64,000 nt of DNA, from assembly GCA_002269645.1 (NCBI GenBank), contig NIVC01000907.1, forward strand, positions 62,001-126,000. The letters run 5' to 3'. Made by a program: the position numbers and the translations under genes. Shown piece after piece: positions 34,615-48,245 of this stretch (position 1 is the first letter of the stretch; each line of letters opens with the position of its first letter). The notes beneath the pieces are model-generated. The model saw nothing but the letters and a program-made list of their open reading frames with translations. It did not search any database and was not told the origin of the DNA. The DNA comes from Macrostomum lignano (lineage: Eukaryota).

Positions 34615-35867
34615 GCTGAAGCGGTCGCTGAAATCAGTTGAATGTGTGCAGAAGCGGGATGTCTATCGATGGAACTTGAACTTCGTGACGAAATGCGACT
34701 CGGTGAGCGAATGTCTGGCCAGCACTCGCTAAATATAGAGCCTCCCCGATCGCCTTTGTCCCGGCACGGCCCGCACTATGGCATTAGCGGTCGAGAACCC
34801 TGTTATTTACAGTCCTGCTTGGGGCCCGCTTGTCTGCTTGATGGAGAAATGATGACTACTGACTGCATTAGTTCTATGCAGCACCGCTGGATGACTGAAA
34901 GCCACTCTTAGTTTTTCCTGAATTTGGGATTTTTTGGCTATTCTTTCTCACTCGTCTCGCCGCGCTGGAACAATGGCGGCTGCATCCTCAGCGATCGTGA
35001 CGAAGTTAAATTTTACAGGAATCAGGGGCGGGCAGTTCATGCGTCTGAGCTGATGGACAGCTGGGCCAACAAGTGCATTGGGGGATAATGTTTGAGACTT
35101 GCGATTTTGTCTGCAGATTATTTTGCAAATTATTGCAAATACGCAATTTGAAGTCAAATTAAATTCTTAGCACAGGATTCAGCACACCTACGCCAATGAG
35201 GCAACGATATTTATAAAGAGATTCTGTGCATATGCAATATTGTAATCTACAGAGAAGTTTAAATCTACATCAGATTGCGTAAATCAGCTATGGAGAATCT
35301 ACAATATAAGTGACGCTTGGATCGCAGGTAAATTGTTAGCATGAATGATACATCGCGAATGCAACTTACAATTAGGCTGAAAATGAGTTTGCCGCCTGGT
35401 GTAGCTTCTCTTGCGTAGACCCGATTCTGGCCAAGCGATGATGAGGGATGCTGGCCAAGCGGCAGTTATCATGCTGGGCGCAGATCCACTGCATCGGGCA
35501 GAGCCAATCAGCGCAGCCAGAGGCTGCTGCGCAGTCGGTCTGAGAAATATGTGAGAACATGGGATTGAGTCTAAAAGTCAATAACAAAATTTATTTCAGC
35601 TTTCCAAGCTTCCATATACGGTCAGTGATTTGGGCGCACTAGCGCGCACTAGGGGAATTATAGTTTGGAAGATTCAAAGTTCCGAAATTCATTTCGTCCA
35701 TCCTCTTGACCAGATGATGTGGAGGCTGAAAGCTCTCATTATCTGATCAATATGCAGCTGCCACGCCACAGCTTTTAGATGTATTAAGATTGCGCCATCA
35801 CCGGTGAAAGTTCTAAAATGTTTTTCGAGTTGTGTGTACTTGCAGTTTTTACCAATAAGCGTACAGT

Positions 35868-38100
35868 CTACATCCCCAGCTCTGCATATATATTGAGTAT
35901 GTACAGATCCAACCAGGGGTCGTGGCGCCCCCTTAGCCTCCGTCCCCAGCTCTGCATATATATTGAGTATGTACAGATCCAACCAGGGGTCGTGGCGCCC
36001 CCCCTTAGCCTCCGTCCCCAGCTCTGCATATATATTGAGTATGTACAGATCCAACCAGGGGTCGTGGCGCCCCCCTTAGCCTCCGTCCCCAGCTCTGCAT
36101 ATATATTGAGTATGTACAGATCCAACCAGGGGTCGTGGCGCCCCCCCCTTAGCCTCCGTCCCCAGCTCTGCATATATATTGAGTATGTACAGATCCAACC
36201 AGGGGTCGTGGCGCCCCCCTTAGCCTCCGTCCCCAGCTCTGCATATATATTGAGTATGTACAGATCCAACCAGGGGTCGTGGCGCCCCCCCTTAGCCTCC
36301 GTCCCCAGCTCTGCATATATATTGAGTATGTACAGATCCAACCAGGGGTCGTGGCGCCCCCCCTTAGCCTCCGTCCCCAGCTCTGCATATATATTGAGTA
36401 TGTACAGATCCAACCAGGGGTCGTGGCGCCCCCCTTAGCCTCCGTCCCCAGCTCTGCATATATATTGAGTATGTACAGATCCAACCAGGGGTCGTGGCGC
36501 CCCCCCTTAGCCTCCGTCCCCAGCTCTGCATATATATTGAGTATGTACAGATCCAACCAGGGGTCGTGGCGCCCCCCCTTAGCCTCCGTCCCCAGCTCTG
36601 CATATATATTGAGTATGTACAGATCCAACCAGGGGTCGTGGCGCCCCCCCTTAGCCTCCGTCCCCAGCTCTGCATATATATTGAGTATGTACAGATCCAA
36701 CCAGGGGTCGTGGCGCCCCCCCTTAGCCTCCGTCCCCAGCTCTGCATATATATTGAGTATGTACAGATCCAACCAGGGGTCGTGGCGCCCCCCTTAGCCT
36801 CCGTCCCCAGCTCTGCATATATATTGAGTATGTACAGATCCAACCAGGGGTCGTGGCGCCCCCCCTTAGCCTCCGTCCCCAGCTCTGCATATATATTGAG
36901 TATGTACAGATCCAACCAGGGGTCGTGGCGCCCCCCTTAGCCTCCGTCCCCAGCTCTGCATATATATTGAGTATGTACAGATCCAACCAGGGGTCGTGGC
37001 GCCCCCCCTTAGCCTCCGTCCCCAGCTCTGCATATATATTGAGTATGTACAGATCCAACCAGGGGTCGTGGCGCCCCCCTTAGCCTCCGTCCCCAGCTCT
37101 GCATATATATTGAGTATGTACAGATCCAACCAGGGGTCGTGGCGCCCCCCCTTAGCCTCCGTCCCCAGCTCTGCATATATATTGAGTATGTACAGATCCA
37201 ACCAGGGGTCGTGGCGCCCCCCCTTAGCCTCCGTCCCCAGCTCTGCATATATATTGAGTATGTACAGATCCAACCAGGGGTCGTGGCGCCCCCCCTTAGC
37301 CTCCGTCCCCAGCTCTGCATATATATTGAGTATGTACAGATCCAACCAGGGGTCGTGGCGCCCCCCTTAGCCTCCGTCCCCAGCTCTGCATATATATTGA
37401 GTATGTACAGATCCAACCAGGGGTCGTGGCGCCCCCCTTAGCCTCCGTCCCCAGCTCTGCATATATATTGAGTATGTACAGATCCAACCAGGGGTCGTGG
37501 CGCCCCCCCTTAGCCTCCGTCCCCAGCTCTGCATATATATTGAGTATGTACAGATCCAACCAGGGGTCGTGGCGCCCCCCTTAGCCTCCGTCCCCAGCTC
37601 TGCATATATATTGAGTATGTACAGATCCAACCAGGGGTCGTGGCGCCCCCCCTTAGCCTCCGTCCCCAGCTCTGCATATATATTGAGTATGTACAGATCC
37701 AACCAGGGGTCGTGGCGCCCCCCTTAGCCTCCGTCCCCAGCTCTGCATATATATTGAGTATGTACAGATCCAACCAGGGGTCGTGGCGCCCCCCTTAGCC
37801 TCCGTCCCCAGCTCTGCATATATATTGAGTATGTACAGATCCAACCAGGGGTCGTGGCGCCCCCCCTTAGCCTCCGTCCCCAGCTCTGCATATATATTGA
37901 GTATGTACAGATCCAACCAGGGGTCGTGGCGCCCCCCCTTAGCCTCCGTCCCCAGCTCTGCATATATATTGAGTATGTACAGATCCAACCAGGGGTCGTG
38001 GCGCCCCCCCTTAGCCTCCGTCCCCAGCTCTGCATATATATTGAGTATGTACAGATCCAACCAGGGGTCGTGGCGCCCCCCCTTAGCCTCCGTCCCCAGC
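35868..38100. repeat. 71-72-bp minisatellite, about 31 copies
   Basis: Unit TCCCCAGCTCTGCATATATATTGAGTATGTACAGATCCAACCAGGGGTCGTGGCGCCCCCCTTAGCCTCCG; copies differ essentially only in C-run length. Confidence 0.98.
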
Positions 38101-38708
38101 TCGGATGCAAACAGGGCCTCAGTGCACCATACCGCTGTGAGGCATGCAGTTGTTGACTGCTCTGCAGTGGAAATGTGAATTCTCGAGGCGAAGGAGTGTC
38201 AGTCATATTTTGCGTGCTGAGAGGCAGACAGAGAAAACTTGAAGACCCTCTCAGACACTTCGGCAGCAGCTGCAGCGGCAGAGCCCTCGGCCTCAGCTGG
38301 GCGAGCCAAACAGGAAGGCAATTTCAGACAGCCGGAGCTTCAAGCAGAGGAAGAAGATACTCCGCCTCACCTGGCCTTCCTGCCAGGCCAAATTAGTGGA
38401 GCGGAAGGACGGGCCGCCCCTGAGGCAGCTGAGCCGGCCACTGGGGGTGTCGGTGTTTTCCTTCATTTTCTGGAAATTTCCGACAGGCTCTGCGCTGACA
38501 GTTTCCTGGGATTTTGTCGCAAATTTCCAATTCCTGGCTTGTCCGAGGGCTTTCGCCGCTCTAGGACTCCGCGTCAGCGCTGGCAGCCACCTCCGGCCTC
38601 ATCCTCGCCTTCTTTCCCTTTTCTCACCTTTATCACTCCGTTTCTCGTGTCGCATCTATTGTTCAGCTTGAAGGAAGCTTGCCGAGTTTCTTCAGGTCTC
38701 AAGGAGCG

Positions 38709-38970
38709 TTTTCATAAGCTCGAACCTTCATAAGCTCCAACCTTCATAAGCTCCAACCTTCATAAGCTCGAACCTTCATAAGCTCGAACCTTCATAAGCT
38801 CGAACCTTCATAAGCTCAAAACTTCATAAGCTCGAACCTTCATAAGCTCCAACCTTCATAAGCTCGAACCTTCATAAGCTCGAACCTTCATAAGCTCGAA
38901 CCTTCATAAGCTCGAACCTTCATAAGCTCAAAACTTCATAAGCTCGAACCTTCATAAGCTTGAAACTTCA
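38709..38970. repeat. 16-bp minisatellite (TTCATAAGCTCGAACC)n
   Basis: Direct. Confidence 0.95.
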
Positions 38971-39837
38971 ACAACAAAAGCCGATTTTTTTTCAACGATA
39001 TGAAATTCTGAGCTTGTGAAAGCAACCCAGTCGATGACGACTTCATCCAGCTGATGAAGAAGGACAAACCTGGGCAGAATTTGGCCTCAATTTCACTTCA
39101 GATTTCTACCATGCTGGGCACCATCAGCCCAAGAGTGCTAAGTTATTATTTTCATATCGGCATTCGAAATGGCGTCGACTTGACCGCTCCTCCTCGCCGG
39201 GGATAAACAGCTTCACAAGTGGCGATTTTTTACCCTTGGGATAAAAACAGCATCAGCTGTCCAAAGAGTTGGCTCTCGAACCTTGGAAGCCCCTGAGCAG
39301 TCAGTCTCCTGTCGCTCTGTTGATGCATTTTCGTGAAAAACTCCTGAAGGGAAGCAGGTGGCAGCTGGCTCAGGGGGCTTCATTCGCCGGACTCAAAAGC
39401 CCCGGTTGAAAGGCCTCACCTTCTCGATTTCCCAGCATTGAATCCCGTTGAGCGCGAGGCTGAGTGGCTTTGCTGTTGAATCGCAAAACACGACTGCTGA
39501 ATGCTCCGAGTGCCATTCAGCATTTTCTCAACTGCAATCCATCGCCACTTTTTCTACTCCGTCTATGCAGGGAAAATTTTGCGCCAATCTGAGGATTTCG
39601 ATTATTAGGCTGATTGATCTCTGCCAAACACCTGTTTCTGTTCACCTGCACCCCTTGGGCCACTCGAACTCCTCAGCCGTTATCGAATTCTCAAGTGAAG
39701 ATTAAAAGCTTATGGCTCATTCTGAATCAGGGTATTTGTGAGCCAGTCTATCTGGAATAGACAAACTTCATTCACACTTCTTGACTTTGGGTGTCAAATC
39801 CCAGGCATAGCATGATAAATGGCATATAGACTGAGCT

Positions 39838-40400
39838 GAGTATCCTGAGTCGGGTATCTTGAGTCGGGTATCCTGAGTCGGGTATCTTGAGTCGGGTATC
39901 TTGAGTCGGGTATCTTGAGTCGGGTATCTTGAGTCGGGTATCTTGAGTCGGGTATCTTGAGTCGGGTATCTTGAGTCGGGTATCTTGAGTCGGGTATCTT
40001 GAGTCGGGTATCTTGAGTCGGGTATCTTGAGTCGGGTATCTTGAGTCGGGTATCTTGAGTCGGGTATCTTGAGTCGGGTATCTTGAGTCGAGTATCTTGA
40101 GTCGAGTATCTTGAGTCGGGTATCTTGAGTCGGGTATCTTGAGTCGGGTATCTTGAGTCGGGTATATTGAGTCGGGTATCTTGAGTCGGGTATCTTGAGT
40201 CGGGTATCTTGAGTCGGGTATCCTGAGTCGGGTATCTTGAGTCGGGTATCTTGAGTCGGGTATCCTGAGTCGGGTATCCTGAGTCGGGTATCTTGAGTCG
40301 GGTATCCTGAGTCGGGTATCCTGAGTCGGGTATCTTGAGTCGGGTATCTTGAGTCGGGTATCCTGAGTCGGGTATCCTGAGTCGGGTATCCTGAGCCAGC
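39838..40400. repeat. 14-bp minisatellite (GAGTCGGGTATCTT)n
   Basis: Direct. Confidence 0.97.
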
Positions 40401-40869
40401 GACATCTTGAGTCTTGAGGCAGGTTTTGTAGCCGACCTTTTCTACAGTTTGCATTGCGGCTGTGCCAATGCGAGCTCACCGAATATCCTGTCCCACGAAT
40501 AAATGCCCGAACCCGTCAGTGAAGTCGGGCTGGCAGGCAGGTGGGGTCAATATTTGCAAAGCTCGACATTTCAGCTGCCCGTTCGACTGCTCCTGTCAGT
40601 CTGGTTTCAATAAATCCTTGTCTTCGGTCACTCAGCCGCCCCAGTCTGGCGCTAAAATCAGAGCAGATAAACCAGGCTGGAAGTAGAAGTAGCGCTGCAG
40701 CTGAGTCAGGTTTCTGGGCTGCGAAAAACAGCTTCTTCTTCTCCCTGACCTTTCCTGTCATTTTCTATAACCAGTCTCTCCCCTGCCTGACTTCTCTCAC
40801 TGTGATCATCTTTGACAGGATTTTTTTAAAACATGGCTCTGCAATCCAACCCACGGTTCTCTCCTATTT

Positions 40870-41170
40870 TCTATCCCCTCCCTCTCCTTCTCTCCCTCTT
40901 CTTCTCTCCCTCTTCTTCTCTCTCCTTCTCTCACTCTCCTTCACTCCCTCTCCTTCTCTCACTCTCCTTCTCTCACTCTCCTTCTCTCACTCTCCTTCTC
41001 TCACTCTCCTTCTCTCCCTCTCCTTCTCTCCCTCTTCTTCTCTCTCTCTCCTTCTCTCACTCTCCTTCTCTCACTCTCCTTCACTCCCTCTCCTTCCCTT
41101 CTCTCCCTCTCTTTCTCCCCCTCCCCTTCTCTCCGTCTCCCTCTCTCCTTCTCTCCCTCTCCTTCTCTCT
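40870..41170. repeat. CT-rich polypyrimidine low-complexity repeat
   Basis: Direct. Confidence 0.85.
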
Positions 41171-42345
41171 CCTATTCTCATACCCCTATGAGAATGATAA
41201 TGCTACCCCTACTCTCCATCGCCATCGCAATCGGGGGCGGTGTCTCAGTCTCGAATTCCCCTAGCCTAGAGGTTGCCAGTGAGGCTTGCGCATGCAAAGT
41301 GAGCTGCATTCTAACAAGCCTGCTGCTGCACCTACAACTGCACCTGACCCGAACACGCAGTCCCGAAATAAATAAGTTGAGTAAATTCCACAAAATTCCA
41401 AAAAGCCGCACCCTGCCTGCAAGACAAAACTCTTGTCTTGGGGCGCCTTTGGAATGGAAAATGCTACCTGGCATAAAATTGCTTATTGTGCCGAAACAGA
41501 AGCCCCTTGAGAGCAGAATATTTAGCACTGCCAGTTCACATTGAATCAGAGCGAGGCGCAGCAAGATTTATGGCCGCTAAGAGCTGCTTGAGTGCGCTGA
41601 ATTTCAACGCGGCTGGAATCTGTGTTAAAACAGCACACTTTGCAACGCTTTGAGAGCGCCGACTTTCTAAGAATTGATGCCATAGCGTCGAAATCGGAGT
41701 TCTTCATCAATTGGGAAGTTTATTCTCTCCTCTTGACAGCAAAGTTGGTCAGAGCCCATAACCCCTAGAAGAAAATCCTGCTGAATGAGCAACTCAGATT
41801 AAGAAATTTCATAGTTTTTGTGTGAAATCCACATAAAGGTATATTCTGTGAAATCAGCTGACTGCTTCGTAGCTGCTGAATTGGCCAAAAGCCCATCTTT
41901 AAAAGATGACAAGAATAAAAAATACTTGCTAATAGCCATAAACAAGCAGCCGAGCTGCAAGCGCTTCGCATAAAGCCGCCGTGCAATGTTGGGCAACTTA
42001 TCAAAATGCAATTCAGAGAGAGAGGGAGAGAGAGAGAGAAGCCCTGGGTAGGAGGAGCTGCTCGGGCTCATTCAGGCGCTTTCATACAATAGCAGACAGG
42101 GTGCAGGGGTGGGACGTGCTGGAATATTTAGTGCGGGTGATGAAGGGGCGGGGTGGGTGGGGCCGCCCAAGCACTGCGAGACGGAGGGCTGCATTGGTGG
42201 TTAAAACGCAGAGGCCAGACAGCGAAGGAGACACGAGAGACACCAGGAGAGGCCCAGACAGCAGCGCCCATTTTGAAACGCTCCAACAACTTTGAGACGG
42301 ACTCAAAGCCGAAGCTCGATCAGCCGAGTTGGACCCTGTGAGGCC

Positions 42346-43243
42346 ATGGAAGCCAAGCCGGACCTGGCGAGCGTCTACCGCCACACGCACCACCTGCGCT
42401 CGCCGCCGCCCACCGCGAAGCCGGACGAGCCCGTCATTGAGGCGAACCCCTTCCTGGATGCCTTCATCGCCATTGACGAGGACGGCAGCGAAACCATCAC
42501 GGTCGAGGAGCTGCGGAACTACATGAAGAAGAACAACTTTCAGGAGAGCTTCATCAAAGTGAGCTGTCTATTTACCTGTCTGCCTGTATATATGTCTTTC
42601 TCTGCATGTGCATATTTTAGTCAGCAACCCACCATTTCTATCAAATTCACAGAAATGGCTCAAAATGTTCGACTTAAACAGCGATGGTGTCATCAGCTTG
42701 GACGAGTTCTGTGAAGTACTTGGACTGCAAATGAAAAATGCGTAAGAAATATGATTGTACGAGTACTCGGAATCCTTTATTTGGTGTCCTTTGGGGTGTT
42801 TGGAATCGTTTTTCAGTAGCTCGCATATAAAAACTTATATATAAAAACTTCTTGGGATCTGTGCAACCCTCGATGGTGCTACAGATATGTTAATCCTACG
42901 CGCTCGTACTTAGACGTAGCGGAATCCCGTCCGCAGGCGCATGTATCGTCGCAAGGTGCAGGGCGGGCTACCGGCCGAGGTCACGGTGATCAGCTCCAGC
43001 ATGGCAGAGTGGATGCAGGTCATCATCGTGGAGAGTGTCCGACGCGCTTCCGGCCGGTTCCGCGACGAGCGCGACATCTCCAACGACATCAAGCAGCACC
43101 TGGATGCTGAGTTCGGCAAGCTATGGCAGGTGGTCATAGTGATGGGCCAATACTTTGCCAGCTACAGCCACGAGCCGGAGATGAGCTTCTTCTTCAAGCT
43201 TGGCAACCGGGTTTACCTTATCTGGAAGACCCCGCCGCCCTAA
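42346..43243 (+). CDS. Tegument-allergen-like (TAL) protein, two EF-hands plus a C-terminal dynein light chain domain; 3 exons 42346-42558, 42653-42741, 42937-43243 (202 aa)
   Basis: EF1 DEDGSETITVEEL; EF2 DLNSDGVISLDEF; DLC-like DIKQHLDAEFGKLWQVVIV..GQYFASYSH. GT-AG introns with consistent phases (0, 2); the 609-nt total is divisible by 3. Confidence 0.92.
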
Positions 43244-43885
43244 TGTCACCTCTGAATTTTGTTTACTTGCTACAATGATATGATATTAGACCTAGACAAT
43301 TGAGTTGGCAGTGTATAAATGTATTGTTTCGCGGAAGGTAACTGCCTTGGGACAATTTTGTGTTACACCCTCAAATCGCGAATACAACGCTTCCTGGACC
43401 AGAAGTTTAAAAAATGTTATTACATATCATCATGGCTCTTCTTTTGATTCCATTAGACAGTACGTGGATCATAAAAAATAGAATAAAATACATATCGTGC
43501 TACTATTTTACTACATCAGTAGAAGATATAGAACATTTTTAAAATAGCGAAACTAAATAAGGCAATTTCAAAGAACTGAAAATTCTACGAGAGACAAAAA
43601 TTGCTTGGCTTGGCAAATTTCAAGAGATGAATTTTCTCTACGGGATTTGATTGCATCGTCGCCTAGAAGAGGCTGTTTGTTCTGTTCAAAGAATTTGGAA
43701 ATTGAGATTGGCCGTCAATCTCAAGATTAATTTTTCAGGCGTCGAGTGTTTGCATTTTGGCGATGAGGACCCGCTTGCAATTATGATATTGGCAAAACAT
43801 ATGGACACCTGTGCACCAATCAAAGGGACAGGTGTTCCAGGACTAAGATCTTCCCGCTAACGGGAGCGAAGTCGAAATAAAAGCA

Positions 43886-44330
43886 GGGAGAGTGAGGGAG
43901 GCAGGAGAGTAAGTGAGGGAGGCAGATGAGTGAGTGAGGGAGGCGGGTGAGTGAGGGAGGCAGGTGAGTAAGTGAGGGAGGCAGGTGAGTGAGTGAGGGA
44001 GGCGGGTGAGTGAGGGAGGCAGGTGAGTGAGGGAGGCAGATGAGTGAGGGAGGCAGGTGAGTGAGGGAGGCAGGTGAGTGAGGGAGGCAGATGAGTGAGG
44101 GAGGCAAGTGAGTGAGGGAGGCAGGTGAGTGAGGGAGGCAGGTGAGTGAGGGAGGCAGGTGAGTGAGGGAGGCAGGTGAGTGAGGGAGGCAGGTGAGTGA
44201 GGGAGGCAGAAGAGTGAGAGTGAGGGAGGCAGAAGAGTGAGAGTGAGGGAGGCAGGTGAGTGAGGGAGTCAGGTGAGTGAGGGAGGCAGATGAGTGAGAG
44301 TGAGGGAGGCAGGGAGAGTGAGTGAAGCAG
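43886..44330. repeat. 17-bp purine-rich minisatellite (GAGTGAGGGAGGCAGGT)n
   Basis: Direct, degenerate edges. Confidence 0.9.
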
Positions 44331-46221
44331 ACAAGCTGAGAAAACTGACCGATTTCGCTCACTTAAATTTTTCGTGATTAAAAGCAGATTAGAAGCAATC
44401 AAAAAGAGACTTTTCCTTTTGCCAAAACTTTTCCGTTTCACTTTAAGTTCCAGTGAGGAATTGCAAAGAGCCCGGCAACAGCAGATCCTCAGAGCCTTGC
44501 ACTACTAATTGGAGCTGTAGCAAAGTCGCTGAGCTCAGCTCATTCAGTGGGAGCGTGTGGGGGCTGGCGTCAGCAGTTTCGGGTCAAAGCCAAATGTTTT
44601 TGTGCGCTCGGTGAAACGCAAAGCCAAGCAGTTTTGCAGCGGGGCAGAAGTGCATGCAGCAAATGCTTGGCGCTGCTGTTGTCCTGCCCCATGCAGGCGC
44701 CGGCCCTGCGTGGGTGGGGAGGAAGCTCTCGGGTTGCTAGGGCGAGGGATTTGGGCAGTAGGGAAGGCAGGGCGAGAGGAAGCCTGTGCTAGGCCTGAGC
44801 TGCCATATTTGGAAGTCGATAAGCCTGTTGGGACAGGGGAGCATTGGGAGCTGAGCACGCCATGGCTTGAGAGTGGGAGCTCGTGCTTAGAATTTTTCTT
44901 CCCAGCTGTCTCCCTCCCTCTCCTGTCCCGCTTCCTGGGGGAGCTCGGCTTGGCTGCCTGAAGCGAGTCAGCTGATCCCCAGATTTGCCATTGCTCTGTG
45001 CGCGAGAGCAGTCTTATCGCAGCCTTTTTCTTATCTGTACGCAAGCTCTTCATGAAGAAGACTTCATTATTCCTGTCAGCATTATTTGCACAGGTAGGGG
45101 AGCTGAGATGGCGCAGCTTCCTGTGTCGGGCGGTCGTCAAGGGAGGACGGGGTGGCGAGGTCGTTCAATCTGCCACAGAGCTCAGTGCCGATCTGCCTGT
45201 CTGCCCCAGCCAGCCATGCAGTCTCTACCGCCTCTGGCCTCCGACTGGCAGAAAGCACTAGAAGGTTGCGGCGCTGTTCTGTTTAGTATTCTTTTGCTTG
45301 CAGTAACTCGGGCAAACTGTCAAAAACGATCGGACGCTGCAGGAATACATTTTCATGTAGTAGAAGTCGCTAGCATGCTAATTAACTTCGAGCACTAGCC
45401 AGGGGTTCGGACTTAGCTATTTGAATTTTACTGGTTGCAATCGAAAGCAGTTTTGTCTCTGTGTAGTAATTCTTTTTAAATCTGTCTTCTGTCGACAGCA
45501 TTCTACTGGTGCCTCGTCCGCCTACCGAACGATGCGTCCTCGGTTGAGCTCGATCTCCGCTTCCAGTGCCGTACCGCCCGAAGAGGTGTCCCCTTGGGGA
45601 CCGCACGCTGCTCCGGACGAGTCCTCTCCTCCCTCCTTCCTCCTTCTCCCTTTTCATCCAGATAGCCAAACGTTTGCTCGTCAGTATCTACAGTAAAAGC
45701 CATAAAATTGCTAAGACGAGATTGCTCCCACAAAAATGGTTGCTTTCGAATACATTTGCAGCAGCTATTCTGTTTTTTTAGCCAGCCGCAGTAGCAAAGC
45801 CGCTGCTCACAAGTAAAACCAGGACTGTTCGCGGCAGTGAGAACTTGTGAACGTGCGATGCAATGCGATGCGATGCAATTCTAATCACTGTGGTGGGTCC
45901 CCACGCCATTGCCTCCATCACTGGCCTTCAGTTTTCATTCCTCTGCAGCGTATACTGCGCACTGTCTAGCAATGTATAAAAAGTCTTGACTGACAATTGA
46001 TAAGAAAGAATTAAAGCTGAGGCTGAGTCATCGACCGGAGAGAATCGTTATTAAGCAGTAGGATCAGTCACATGTCCCTGGTGGGACAGCCGCTCGAATG
46101 GGCCGGGTTACGTGCTGGGCCCTAAGGATGACTCACAGGCTAACGGGGGGTCGCATCGCGTGGCATGGGCCACTTCATTCAAACAAAGATTGCCACGGCC
46201 AGGGCATAGGAGAAGCAGGGA

Positions 46222-46506
46222 CTAAGGTCTTTGTGCTGCTCTGGTGTGGCCTGTCTTTGTTTGCCATTGGCATTGAGTTTCAACTCCCCTATACGCCCTA
46301 TAACCCATCGCCGGGTCGCTGAAATTGGTGCCAAATCCTGCGGGATTGCATAACAATCGAATTTCTTTTCTCTGTGATAACTGCGATCTGCGAACAAAGA
46401 CCCAGTCGCGGGGTTGAGCTTGTCTGTGTTCTCTTCTATTTTCAGCAGTTGCGATATGACTCACTGGGGACTTTCTTATCCCGCAGAGTTGAGTCGGCCT
46501 ATCCAA
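46222..46506 (-). mobile_element. Possible Ty3/Gypsy integrase C-terminal remnant
   Basis: NRREHRQAQPRDWVFVRR...K resembles the post-catalytic ...GDWVxVR region; nothing else of pol recognised. Confidence 0.3.
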
Positions 46507-47539
46507 TGTGCTCTAGCCTCTAGCATGTTCAAAAATTGATGGGGCGTTTACCGTTGGAAGTCTTTGAAGCAGTCATGCTGCTATACAAGATTAATAACGA
46601 TTCATAAAGCTGTTCAAGTAGACAGTAGTGGAAGGTGCTTCTGCGGCTCGTTGAAGTAACCTTTAGAAAGTGATCGCGCATTGACAATGAACTGCAGATA
46701 TAAAAATGTTTACTTTGCTGGGGTGCAGGCAAACTAATCTGCCACGAGTTCTACGAGTCGTACAAGCACAGAATGCAAAGCACCTGCAAATACTGAAACT
46801 CTTGCCGTGCAGGAAAAGCAATCAAAATAGAACTTTCAGCTATTTTGTTATCAAAACTTTTCGACGTGTACTAATTAGGCGCTGTACACTTTCATCTGGT
46901 CAGGCATTGACACGCTGGTTAAAGGCCCAGGCTATGTACAAGTTGTCCAGGGTTCGAACTGGGGCGGAGCCGCGCCCCGAAAAACAGACCTAACTTCTAC
47001 TTCTACTTAGCCAGGGCTAATTTGGTCTGCGAGAGAGCGGCTCTGCGTTTAGGTGCCTTCTAATACAATGCTTCTAAGTTCTAGCAGTCATACGCTCATA
47101 CCAGCTTAGTCAGGCCAAGACGCCAAGTAGAATTTTAATTTGACAGCAAGGTCAAAGCAAAAGCAAAAATAGCGCCTTCCAATTTAATATCGCTCCCAGG
47201 TAATTTTTATAGATTGAAACAGTAAGAGTTATGCAGATGGATTTGAAAAGGCGATCTGGGTCCAGCGGATTGATGCCTGACATGTGAAGGTTGGGAAGAA
47301 ATCTGCTGTGCGTTGCGAATGTTATAGACAGTGGAATTTTCCATTGCAAGGGTGACTGCTAACTGGGACGGGCTGCTGGGTGCGCTAAAAATAGAAATTA
47401 CACACCAGACAGCCCACTGAACTGCCCCCATGGCCTTCAGGTCAGCTGACCCAGAGTTTCTTTGCTTCTTGTTTATAAAAATTAACGATCCTCATCAGCA
47501 CTAAATTGGGGATCCGAATATTCGAACCGCGCACGATAT

Positions 47540-48245
47540 TTCCCCCAATCTTCACAATCCCCAATTTTTACAATCCCCAATCTTCACAATCCCCAATTTT
47601 CACAATCCCCAATCTTCACAATCCTCAATTTTCACAATCCCCAATCTTCACAATCCCGAATCTTCACAATCCCCAATCTTTACAATCCCCAATCTTCTCA
47701 ATCCCCAATCTTCACAATCCCCAATCTTCACAATCCCCAATCTTCACAATCCCCAATCTTCACAATCCCCAATCTTCACAATCCCCAATTTTCACAGTCC
47801 CCAATTTTCACAATCCCCAATTTTCACAATCCCCAATTTTCACAATCCCCAATTTTCACAATCCCCAATTTTCACAATCCCCAATTTTCACAATCCCCAA
47901 TTTTCACAATCCCCAATTTTCACAATCCCGAATTTTCACAATCCCCAATTTTCACAATCCCCAATTTTCACAATCCCCAATTTTCACAATCCCCAATTTT
48001 CACAATCCCCAATCTTCACAATCCCCAATTTTCACAATCCCGAATTTTCACAATCCCCAATTTTCACAATCCCCAATTTTCACAATCCCCAATTTTCACA
48101 ATCCCCAATTTTCACAATCCCCAATCTTCACAATCCCCAATTTTCACAATCCCCAATTTTCACAATACCCAATCTTCACAATCCCCAATCTTCACAATCC
48201 CCAATTTTCACAATCCCCAATCTTCACAATCCCGAATCTTCACAG
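47540..48245. repeat. 16-bp minisatellite (TTTTCACAATCCCCAA / TCTTCACAATCCCCAA)n
   Basis: Direct. Confidence 0.97.

Noticed and set aside
35868-38100. CRISPR-like array
   Set aside because: Units are identical with no unique spacers, no cas genes, and the context is eukaryotic.
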